In this document: piece by piece, positions 13,521 to 25,500 of the stretch | Layout of the letters: each line of letters opens with the position of its first letter | Numbering within the stretch: the stretch's first letter is position 1 | DNA from: Lingula anatina | Taxonomy: Eukaryota; Animalia; Brachiopoda | Assembly: GCA_051362555.1 (NCBI GenBank) | Contig: CM120641.1 | Coordinates: forward strand, 39,624,401 to 39,688,400 | DNA: 64,000 bases | Direction: 5' to 3' | Translations under genes and position numbers: made by a program | The notes under the pieces: generated by a model | Told to the model about the DNA's origin: nothing | The model's input: only the letters and a program-made list of their open reading frames with translations | The model's database searches: none

Positions 13521-16500
13521 GATGATGATAGTGTGTGTGTGTTATGAAAAATGATTACACCACGATAGGTTTGTAATGGTCGATTGAACATCACACATTC
13601 TTGTTACCATCACGTGGTTTGGATTGCACCATACACAGATGTAATCAGCAGTGGCTTTGTATTGCAGAGAAACTCTTGACCACCAAGGGAACTGTTACAG
13701 TTCTTCCTGCTGGGTTTGTCAACAGGCTGTCCCAAGACTGGCCATCTGATACTTCTGTCAGGGTGATTGAAGGTAAGCTGCAGTAATTCACTTATCCAGA
13801 TATTAAGATATTGTCTCTTTTTTATGATCACAAATTATATGACAAATGTAATTAGTGCTTTTAAAGGTTGCTTGGTACACTGAATAATGTTGATAATGTA
13901 GCATTGTAAAATGATGACATTATTTTGTACTGTGCATACTAAACCCTTTTTTGTATTATGTTAAATATGTGAAATAGTGTTAAATATTAAGTACCAAGCA
14001 ATTGGTTATGATATAGATGTTAAACCCAAATGTAACGGTTACCAAATCTGTAGATTATCAGATGGTAGATGTCTGTCTTTTCCTCTGCAGAGCCTAGACA
14101 CGGCAGTATGATGAGTCAGATGTATGGGCCAGCCAGTACCTTCACTGTGTCCTCTCTGAGGTCTGGGGATATAATGTACAGACATGATGGAGGAGAGGCT
14201 CTGTATGACTCTGTCCTACTCCAGATATCTGATGGAAGAAAAGTGAAGAATGAACTCCTGGAGATAGAAGTCCAGTCCAAGGTGAGGTGACTTGGGTCAG
14301 GTGTGGGTGCACAGTTTGATGGAAATGCAGAAATAAGTGCAAGAATCACCACATATTTGCTTTCTTTTTTTGTGGAGTGAGTACCAAGATTAATGGTCAA
14401 TGTAACTATATTTTTTGTAATTTATTCATAATTTAAAGGTGATTTAACTGAAAATGATTGCATGATAATGCTGTAATCTTGTTGAATTTCAATGTACATA
14501 TATATATCCCCTGAGTATACATTAAGAAAGTAAAGGTAAGACCCAAGGTATATGTGCTGTTATATTGTTATTACTTTATTCCAGGGTAAAAGTGTTCCAG
14601 TAATGGAGGTTAATATGGGAGCAGAGGTAGAGACGGGTAAAATGGTCCTACTGACCAAAGACATGCTGCATTCTGTGTCTGGAGGAAAGCAGAAATCCAA
14701 CTTGATTTACACTATAACTGGTAGTCCGAAAGAAGGTACAAAATCGAAGATACACTGTAATTTTGATGTGAAAAATTTGTCACATGCAGTATATTATATC
14801 TTGAGAATGGTATTTCTCAAAGGCTGGGTTCACAAAAATATTTAACCCTCTACTTCTGACAGTGGTTCAGGAAGTTTATTTTGATGTATGTATGTATCAT
14901 CTTGCAATTATAATGTCACTTTTTATGTGTCAGGAAAATTCTCATCTGCAGTTTATATAGTACTATAAAGAGGTGTGTGTGTGTGTTTTTTTTATTTAAT
15001 ATAGATGAAAACTTGGGTGCTAAATTATTTGTGTTTACTCCAGGGACTTTGTTGATGATAGTCCCCATCCCACCAGAAGGAGCCAGGGGAGGCTGGAAGG
15101 ACCGTGGGGATGGAACTATGGGCGCTACAATGTACAGGTTTCTCCAGAGAGATGTGGATGAGAAAAGACTCTGGTACCAACACAAGGGTAGAGCCAGTAC
15201 AGGAAAAGATAGGTTTATTTTTGAGGTAAATTTTTTTTTTTTGCGATAAAAGAATGAAAGAGATAATGGCTTTAATTTAGTGTAGAAAATCTGTTTAAAA
15301 ATCTCTTATTTTTTATTCAATAAAAAGAGGATGTATGTATTGAAATATATATATTTTTTAATGCAGTACTAATGAAAGCACATTGCTCATTGTTTTGATA
15401 GGTGTCTGAGGGCACTAATTCTCCCAACATTCTGAGAAACCAAGTTTTCCACATCTCAGTCTTGATGCCCCAGGGTGATGCTCCTAGTACTGCCCCCACT
15501 GTGGCACCTGGGGTGGACCTTAGTATGAAGGTGATTACACATATATTTTTGTGGTAAAAAGTTTTATATGGAAAAGCAAGCTGTATAATAATTTATGGTA
15601 TTGATTCATGCTGAAGCATTACCAACAAATATGAGTAATGGATGTGTTTTAATGACATACATATTGGGGCTTTACTGATACTAGTATTGATAATCCATAG
15701 AAGCAATTATTTTCTATGACTATAATCATCTTGGTTCTTACTTTCAATCTGATAACAATATAACATTGGTCTAGGTGTTGGAGAACCAGCTGGTACCCAT
15801 CATGAGTTCCCACCTTGCCTTTGAGAACATTGACTCTGATGACAGGGACATAGTTTATACCATAACCAGACCTCTGCAGTCCACTCGGGGTTCTGTAGAA
15901 CACATCAGGGAACCCTTCCAGCCAGTGTTCAGGTTCACACAAGAAGATATCAACATGAACAAGATTATCTACAGACCTCCTATGACTGAAATTGGACCAG
16001 AGGAGAAGAAATTCACCTTTGATTTTATAGGTACTGGATAAAGGAGCAGCAAGCATAACTTTGATGAAACAAATTTGGAAGTATGATTTGTATAATTTTA
16101 AGTGACATTTTCAATTGCTTTTAGTTTGAAGGAAGAAGTCGATGATGGTTTCCCATAGTGTGCTTTTGCAGTAAGCTTCACACTGTTAGGTGGCATATGT
16201 GGCCTAAGTATTAATGAGATAAAAAGTTAGGATACAATGAATGGTAATGTTAACTGTATCATGATATGCTTAACAATATATACACTGTTTTAGTTCAAGA
16301 TAGAACAAGTGGCTTTGCAATTCCCAAGCAGACATTTTCTATCTATGTGATGCCAGTCAATAACATGCCACCCAGACTGCTTCAAAATGAGCCTTCTGTC
16401 AAGGTACAGACTAGCAATGTCTTATTTTTGTAGACTGAAACAAGAGTGACTTGAACCAAAATTTTCATAAAGATGCATCGTTTCAAATATGTTTTGTATC

Positions 16501-19500
16501 GAATGTCTCTTTATGTCATTATGATGTAATGTGAAACATTGTATTTCTGTCAGAATTGTAGTCAGTGCACCTAACTTGAATAATGAACATGTTATTATGA
16601 TGAAACTTAAATTTGATATTTGGATTATTGTGTTTACTACACACATCTACAGATTGACTTACAAATAAATGCTGTCTCCTAGGTAACCCAGGGTGGCAGT
16701 GTTCTTCTTGGACCTGATGTGATTGCATTGATAGATACTGATACCAGTGTTGATGACCTTAGTTTGACCTTGACCCAGAATCCAGTTGCTGGTAAAGTCA
16801 CGAAGACTTCTAATGGAAGGAGGAGTGAATTAAGAATAGGTATGGAATTCATAAATTTAGATTGTATATTTCATATTTATGTAATTTTATATTTTCTGAC
16901 TATTTACTACGGTACTTTTTAAATTTTTGTTGCAGAGAATTTGAGAATATCAAACAATTTTTATCTGTAGATTTTCATGCCACAATGCGGTTTAATCCAA
17001 CTGCTTCATTACATCTTATTGTTTTAGATGAAGAGATGACATATGCAGATGTTAAGAACAATGCAGTCATGTATCAGCATGATGGCTCCATACGTTTGGA
17101 AGACATGTTGTACTTCAAAGTCAGTGATGGTGTCCACACTGTGCCAGTTGGGGTGAAGGTGTCTGTGACCAGGGCAGACAGAGCGTCTCCCATGGCTGAC
17201 AAGCAGGCTAGCTTTAGTATGACTTTACCAGAAGGTGTGTTTATGATGTTCCAGCCATTCATTTATATCTTTTGAAAATTTATTTTAATATGATTGCCAT
17301 CTTCTGACAAGGTATGAAAATAGTGTGGTACCTGCAGTCATCATATGCTATTAATTTTACATTAATGCCATGGCTACAAGACTTTTTGATATAACTTAAG
17401 TATTCCTGTATGCATTTCAAGGTTTCAAATCATTAGTAACAATTTTTACTTTGGAAAATATGATATTTTACAGGAGATACATCAACCATTGAAAAGAAAC
17501 ATATGGCCTTCACAGATATAGATACAAGTGATGATAAGTTAATAATCAAGGTTGTCATGGACCCCATGCAGGGAACATTAAAGAGGGGGAGGGAGATTCT
17601 TACACGGGGAAGCTCATTTACCCAGCAGGATATAAATAATGACATAATCAAGTAAGACCCATATTTGAGTTACTGAATTTGATGCAGCATATCAGTTAAA
17701 GTGTGTTGCAAATTGAATTTTAAATTTTTAGTGTTAAAACACTAAAATGCCTTTCACAAAGAATATTGTGACAGTAACAGGTCTTGAATGATAACTGAAT
17801 ATGCATCAGTTGTTTAAATTCTGTGGTTAAGAAAGTAGGCTTGATGATGTTAGTTTATAGTTTTAACAGTTATCAAAATCATCTAAACCCCTCCACCAAA
17901 ACATTTCAGATATACTGCTGCCAGTGAGATAGGCAGTCGCCCCATTAACGAGATCCTGTATTTCAATGTGACAGACCCCAATAACCATGTCCTGGCCAAT
18001 CAAATTCTGACCATCACAATTGATCCAGTCAATAACCAAGCACCAGTGGTCACTGTGGGACCTGGAGTAGAGGTAATAATTTCAGATAGCTACACAAATT
18101 ACACGTGTATATGTTTTAGCAGTTATGCTGTTTTTACTGTCAAAGCCATTCTCTGTGTAATCAGTCTACATTAGACTACATCACACTTGTCTTTGTAGAA
18201 TATCTTTAATAATATGGCTATAAGTATTACTGATAAATCTGACACATGTTTTATTGCATTTCTTTGACCAGTAGTATTGGTGTTGAATTTCAGGTAGAAG
18301 AAGGTGGTCGTGTCCAGTTAACTCCCCAACACCTGAGTGCCATGGACATGGACACCCCTGTATCTTTGCTGACCGTGGTCATTGATGGGTTGCCAAGCTT
18401 TGGTGTGGTGAAGAATTCTCTCAGAGGTACAGTTCTGACCATTCTACTGGAGGATTGGAATTACTGGATAATATACTTTTATGAAACTATGACAATATAT
18501 TCCACTATTTTATTGCAGTGTCATTTAACTTACTTGTGGAGTTTGTTTGACAGATATAAAATGTTAAAAGCAAAGCTGGTCTGGTAATGACTAAATTATT
18601 TTATGGTCTGTTTGAAAACACAATTTGAAAGATCCTTTACAATAGGTATATCTGTAACTAATTAACTAATTATCAGCATTCTGGCAGCATGGTATTTTCT
18701 TTCATTACAGGACTAGGTTCAGAGCAAGGGAGGCCATCAGTGGTCACTACCTTCCCCCTGCAGGACCTACTGGATGGTGGGGTATACTATGTCCAGACTG
18801 ACCACAAGAATAAAGAACCAGTGGCAGATGGCTTTTTGTTCCATGTCACTGATGGCACCAATGATTCTCCTTCTCAGAGGTTTAATATATCCATACTGGT
18901 AAGTGATAACATATCTATACTGGTAAGTGATAACATATCCACTTGATAAGTGGTAGCATATCCATTTGCTAAGTGATAACATATCCATTCTGGTAAATGA
19001 AAAAAAAAACAATATTGGTTATTGATAATATATCCATACTGATAAGTGATAATATATCCATACTGGTTAAAAATAACATATCCATACTGGTACATGATAA
19101 CATATCTGTACTGGTAAGTGATAACATATCCATATGACATATATCACTCTTTTAATCTGATATGTTTGGTAACTATTTGCCTTCCCTGTTCCAGTTGACG
19201 AATGATGAGGCCCCAGTGATGGTGACAGAGCAGTTACATTGTCAAGAAGGTCGTGGCGTGGTAATGACCAATGCTACCATGTATGTCATTGACTTTGACA
19301 GCGTGCCTGAGGAATTGTTGTTCACAGTGGAAGCACTGCCACAGCATGGTAAAGAGATAATATTTTGTAGTGAGAAGACTTGTCTTGTATTTGCCATGAT
19401 AAAGAGAGCATATTTTGGTTATGTTTAAAGTGCATATATTTCATGACTTGAAGAATGCATTAACTGTTGAATTGAATGGGAGTAATATTAAAGTTATGAT

Positions 19501-22500
19501 GTAATTTAGGCATGGAATGATGTTTCCTGTGAATTTTTTTTTACTTATTTGAATTTGTATAATATTTAATCAATGTCTCTCCAATTTCTGCAGGCAAACT
19601 TAGAAGAAAGGAGTACATACAGGATATGATATTCTCTGGGAAAGAATTACAGCAAGGAGCCACATTCACTTATGAGGTCAATATAAGTATAACATTTAAT
19701 TTTCGAATGAATATTTTAATAGATATTCAGTCATTGGATGTCACTGACATAATTATTTAGCAAAAATTGTGAATAAAGTCACCCTAAAGATATTCTTTTA
19801 TAATACCATCAATGTATTTCATGCAGCTTAGAGCTGATTTCAGTGTTACTTTGCTTTAATTTATTCATTCTTTGCCTTTTTATGCACCATTAACAAGTCA
19901 CTGTGGGATAGCACATGAGGTTTTTATGTAATGTATCTATTTCAATAGGACATCCTCAATGAGCTGATAGGATACACACATGAAGGGGGAGAGGTGGATG
20001 GGGATGAATTCACTCTGCAGTTAACAGATGGAAAATTCACAGACAGGAAAACCATGAAGGTTGTCATTGGTCTTGTGAATGATGAAACTCCCCGTGTAGT
20101 GGTCAATAGAGGGCTCCAGGTGTCTGCAGGTGAGGAGATGATAGTGTTTTTAAGGGAGATTTACGTTAAACCCACTTCAGACCCGATGTATCGAGCACGT
20201 TATAAAGTAAAATGAATCTCTTCCATTCACCACCTTGGTCGTAGAAAGCCGTTTTCAGACACTTATCCTGGTGCCAGTTCATGAAACTGTTGCCTATAGC
20301 TATGAATCATAATGAACAAAGCTGTTATCACTATCCACAAAACATCATCACTAATGATTTGCAGTAGGTGATTAGTGACCTATGTAATGTAGAAATTGCT
20401 TTGTTCTATTTAGGCTCTACCACAGTGATTGGAAATAACCTGTTGAAAGCAAGTGATGTAGATTCTGAGGACAGCCAGATCATTTATACAATCACTGAAG
20501 ATTTGTCATCAGGCAAACTGAAGTTAATTAAAGGCCAGCTGATAGCAGAAATTACTAAAGATGGCCACCAAAGCAGCTTTACACAGTTGGATATTGATGA
20601 AGGTAAGAATGGGATAAATATTTATGTGCTTTATATTGATTTTATTTATTGGGTCACCAATGTTAGAATGACAAAGCTTATAGATAAGTGTGAGCATTAA
20701 AAAAACGCACAGATTAAGAGAAATGACAAAAATGCAACAAAAAGGATTTAGTTGTGTAGTTTCTGTTAATGCCTAATTCATATTTCTTAGTGTGCAATAT
20801 ATGGACATATTGCATTTAATACTATAAATATATATGATGATATATTTTAATGGTTAGAATTTCTCTTTTGCAGGTCATATCCAGTACGTACATGATGTCA
20901 GTGAACCAGCAGGTCCAACTCTGTTTAAATTCAGACTATCAGACCCAGAGGATAATGTGTTGATTGATCAAAGTTTTGTCATAACTGTTTTAGGTAAGGG
21001 CTAATATTATGATGTGTACTATCAGTACATAAAGTAGCATTAAGTGATGATCCAGAAGTTAAAGAAGTCAAACACCAAGCACTCTCCTGCATTGGATATT
21101 TATCACCACGTTTCATTTCATATTTAACTCGGTAAATTCAATCAGTCTTAAAAATTAGTTCTATACATAGCAATATTATACAATGACAGACATGCATGTT
21201 AGTCGTATTGGGTTTAATACTCATTCTAACATTTTCCACTCTTTTCCTTCCCCAGAGGATAGGATTCCTCCCCAGGTGACAGCCAACAAGGAGTTCAGTG
21301 TAAAAGAAGGTGGAGCTGCTAAGATCACCACACAGTTCTTGTCAGCCACAGACACAGATTCTGAGCCAGCAAACCTCCTGTTTTCTGTCCTCACTCCACC
21401 ACAGCTAGGACATATTGCCTTAGTAGGAGCCAGGGGCAAGTGACCTAGGACACTACCAATTTGTCAATAAAACAGAATTGCTGCAGATCAGATTTTCCAT
21501 ATTTTCATTGCTGTTTTGTAATTTAAGGTGTTTTTTGGCTTTCACATAAACTTTTATGGACTTGGTTTTGAAATGATGCCTAGTTGAATTACACTACACA
21601 CTGAATTCAATTTTCACCAACACATTTGGGGTGTATTTTTGAAAATCAGTATTTGTACTGGGAATGATACAACACCAATACCGATGTGATGTAAGTTCAG
21701 CATATAAGACAACACATTTACATTGATCTGTGTATGTTCCAGGAATGCCAGTGAGTCAGTTTCGCCAGTCAGATCTAGCAGCAGGTCAGGTACAATATGT
21801 ACATACCAGCAGCGAAGAAATTTATATGGATAGCTTTACATTCTCTGTCACTGATGGGACAAATGATGTAAGGATGGTTAAAAAAGACACAGTTGGTTTC
21901 ATCAAATTATTTTCCTGGCAATTTTTATTTGAAGCTGAAAAAGAATTTTTTTTATATTCAGTAATTAGCAATTTTATGTATTAAGTTTTGCAAAGGTTAC
22001 TAGCACAAGTGCAGTAAGTGCAGGAAAGAAAAACCTATACAATATATATATATATAATCAGTTCAAGGGGAATTTTTTTACATCTGTTGAAATTCTATAG
22101 ACCTTTGATAACCTTACTTTTGGATCTATTATTGTTAGTAATTGATATACAATACCAGATTTCAATATTTTGTAATATCTTTCCTGATTTATTATTTCCA
22201 GGTGACACAAACCTTCTACTTGACCATTACCCCTGTTGATGACTCTCTGCCAGTGGTCAGCGTCCATGGACTAAAGGTCCAAGAAGGGGTCAGGAAGGTC
22301 ATCACAGAGTTTGACCTGAAGGCAGTGGACAAAGACACTAAGGTCAGTAATACATTTTTCAAAATATGGGAATTACTTAATCTTTTCAATGGACAAATAT
22401 TATCAAACTTTCAGATACATAATTTTATAATCGCAAAAGCAATTTTTCTGTATAACATTTGTGATGCTTTCCTACACAGAAAATAACTATTAAATGGTCT

Positions 22501-25500
22501 CCTTTTGAATGTTGTTGCTACCACTCAACAGGAATGTTCTGATTTTCAGAAATGATAACTAAAAAAATACAGTATCTGTAAAATTCACTATTTTTCCTCA
22601 TCGAAAAGATTGAATAACTACCATGCTTGTATATGATATGCAATGTATTAACTGTATTTTAGTTATATTTATATTTTAATTATATGTATTATAATTATTA
22701 TGATTGAACTTAGATAATATGTTGTAAGTTCCATATTGTCATTAATTGCGTCTCTTCCTTCCTCTGTCAAATTGGCATTATGTCTTACCTGCTTAAATCT
22801 TTTTACATAATTCTTGTGCATAACTTTGATAATGTTGATTCTGACACTTATAACATCTGTGCATGTAGGAGGACCACATATTCTTCACAGTCATTCAGCA
22901 TCCACGCCATGGTTCGTTAGACCTGCTGTACAATGGCCAGCAGACACAAGCAACAAGATTCAGTATGGCTGATATCTACGAAAACCGTGTTAGTTACCAG
23001 CATGATGGCAGTGAGACACTTCTTGACAGCTTTACTTTCACTACCAGTGATGGCACCAATCATCTCTACATGATGCAACAAGACCAACCTGACGGTGTGC
23101 CCTTGTCAAGACCACTGGTGAGTTATGCTGGACTTTCTTATTCATTTGCAGGAGAATCACTTGTATCTTTACTATTTGAATTAATCAATTAATCTTTTTA
23201 CCTTTGTAACCTTTAAGTGTTTTACTTTTGGCTTAGTGAATGTGAGGTTTAATATTTTGTTGATGCCATTTCCTATGTTATCTTATTCCACATGTTAACA
23301 CATGAAAGGAATTATCATGTATAAACTTAAGTTAAGTTCATATAAATATGAAAAAAAACAAGAAAGTTGATATATTATATACTATCTCTTCAGTTGTTTG
23401 AGATAGCTGTAAGTCCAGTAGATGATGGCAGTCCTATCATAACCACAAACCTGGGTTTACATTACCTGGAATATGTAAATGGCAAGGTAAGAATATGTGT
23501 GCTGTTATCTTGGGTACCCTGTCTGATGTGCAATAATTGAGGGCCAATGTTGGTGTATTGATCCTAACATTTGTGGTAACAGACATTTAAAAAAAAAAAA
23601 ATTACTCCTTCCCTTGAGACTTTATTTGCTCAATAACCCATATAGTGGTGTGTCATTGTTCATTTGCACAAAGCTATTAAGAATCCACATCATCATATTT
23701 AGGCCATGAATGCCATAACATCCAAGGAGCTGAAAGCAGCAGACCTTGACACCCAGGATAAAGCTTTGATCTACCAGATAAAAGAGCCACCACAGTACGG
23801 AAGGATAGAGAACTCTGCCAACCCAGATGTACCAATTTCTTTGTTTTCTCAAGGTATGGGTTAGAACTATTGACCAGGATGCAGTGTTTAAAGTTGTTTT
23901 ATCTGTATGGTGTTATCTTTTCTTGTGGTCTTAAAAATGAAGAAGGGAAAATTTTCTTTTCTTTTTGTCTTGAGGCTTTTGATTGATAACAAATGTGTCA
24001 TGAGACTCATTTCTGGTATACTTTTCCTGTCTTTCAAATGTTCTCTTGTTAAATTCAAATAAAAGATAACCACATTAATTTTCTCTTTGTGTATTTCAGA
24101 GGACATTAACAATGGGGTTATACGGTACGTCTTGTTTACGAGCACCAATGAAACCAAGGACAAGTTCACCTTTGACCTGATGGACAGCAAGCCAAACATT
24201 GTAAAAGATCAGGTTTTTCACATCAGGTGGTCATATATCAACTTTGAATTGCCAGACATGAATATAACAGAAAGTTCAGGGGTCATACGTGTGCCAGTCA
24301 AAAGGATTGGAAACCTCAAACAGGTAATGAGAATGAACTTTGTGCACTGCGATAAAATGATTAACTTGTTGAGGTATTGAAATTGAGCTAAACAGACAAG
24401 GCCCTTGATATTTGTTTTTCTTTAAAATAAAGTATAACTGAATACTTATTACATTTCTCAGCATAGCACTTGCAGTCATAATATCATCACTGGGGTGTCA
24501 TGATATTTTACCTGTCATAAGATGAATATTTGTGTTTTCATATCATGCCTTTTCTCTTCAGCCGTCATATTTTCTAAGAAATACCAGCATGTTTGTGTTT
24601 TTTGAAGTTCATATATTTATCCCTTGATATTCCAGTACTCCATAGTGCAATGTAAAGCCATCCCAGGAAGTGCAGTGTCTGCATCTTCAGCCACTGGGAT
24701 AGTGAGACCAGGGATGAATGATTATGAGGCATTCATGGGCCAGGTAAAAAATAAACAACCTTATTTTTGAGGTGCAAATATTTTGTTACTTCTTGGAAGC
24801 AATGCTGTTTTATAATTGAAAACAGTGGTTTATAGACAGCTTTGATTAATTAAAGTCTTGTTTGATAGAAGTCCTGAACAAAGAAATGTTTACAGAATAT
24901 TTTTCAGATTTAGAATTTGATGAAGATTACATAAAGCTTACATTTATATCCAGGACATATATATAACTACTTGTAATATCACTTGTTTCTGTTTACTTAA
25001 GGTATTATATATAAAAGAGACATTCCTGGTGTTTAGTTTTAAAGATAATGAGTATTTGTTTCCAGGTTCAGTTTGATGAATGGCAAGACACCAAAACATG
25101 TACCATTGTCATTAATGATGACTCCATATTTGAGGGGCCAGAGACTTTTTATGTTGAACTCAGTCAACCTGCTTATGCCTTGTTAGGAACCCCAACAAAA
25201 GCTTCAATAACCATTTATGATTTGGAAGATGGTAAGGGCTATTTGATGAAGAAGTCAACTTATTAGGATTAAACCGTGATTGGTTCAGATTTTAATTGGT
25301 ACATTGTACATTCAATTTTTAATTATCAATTTAATTCAATATCAAACCAGTGTGAAAACAACTCTTTACATATGTAGCAGCACTGATGATAATACTTTTA
25401 ACATGGTGTAATGTATAGTCTCTTTACTGTTTCTGTTTGATACAATCTAATTATTTTGTGCATAATATTAATGTTGCCATTTTTGCTATGTGAACAAGTG

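Larger units (their letters stand above)
13668..24230 (+). other. FRAS1 exons encoding about 11 CSPG/NG2 cadherin-like repeats
   Basis: Recurrent FTQxDI...Y.H...D.F.F.V(S/T)DG motifs: FTQEDINMNKIIY, TYADVKNNAVMYQH, FTQQDINND, FPLQDLLDGGVYY, FTYEDILNELIGYTH, FTQLDIDEGHIQYVH, FRQSDLAAGQVQYVH, FSMADIYENRVSYQH, FSQEDINNGVIRY and others. Confidence 0.88.
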
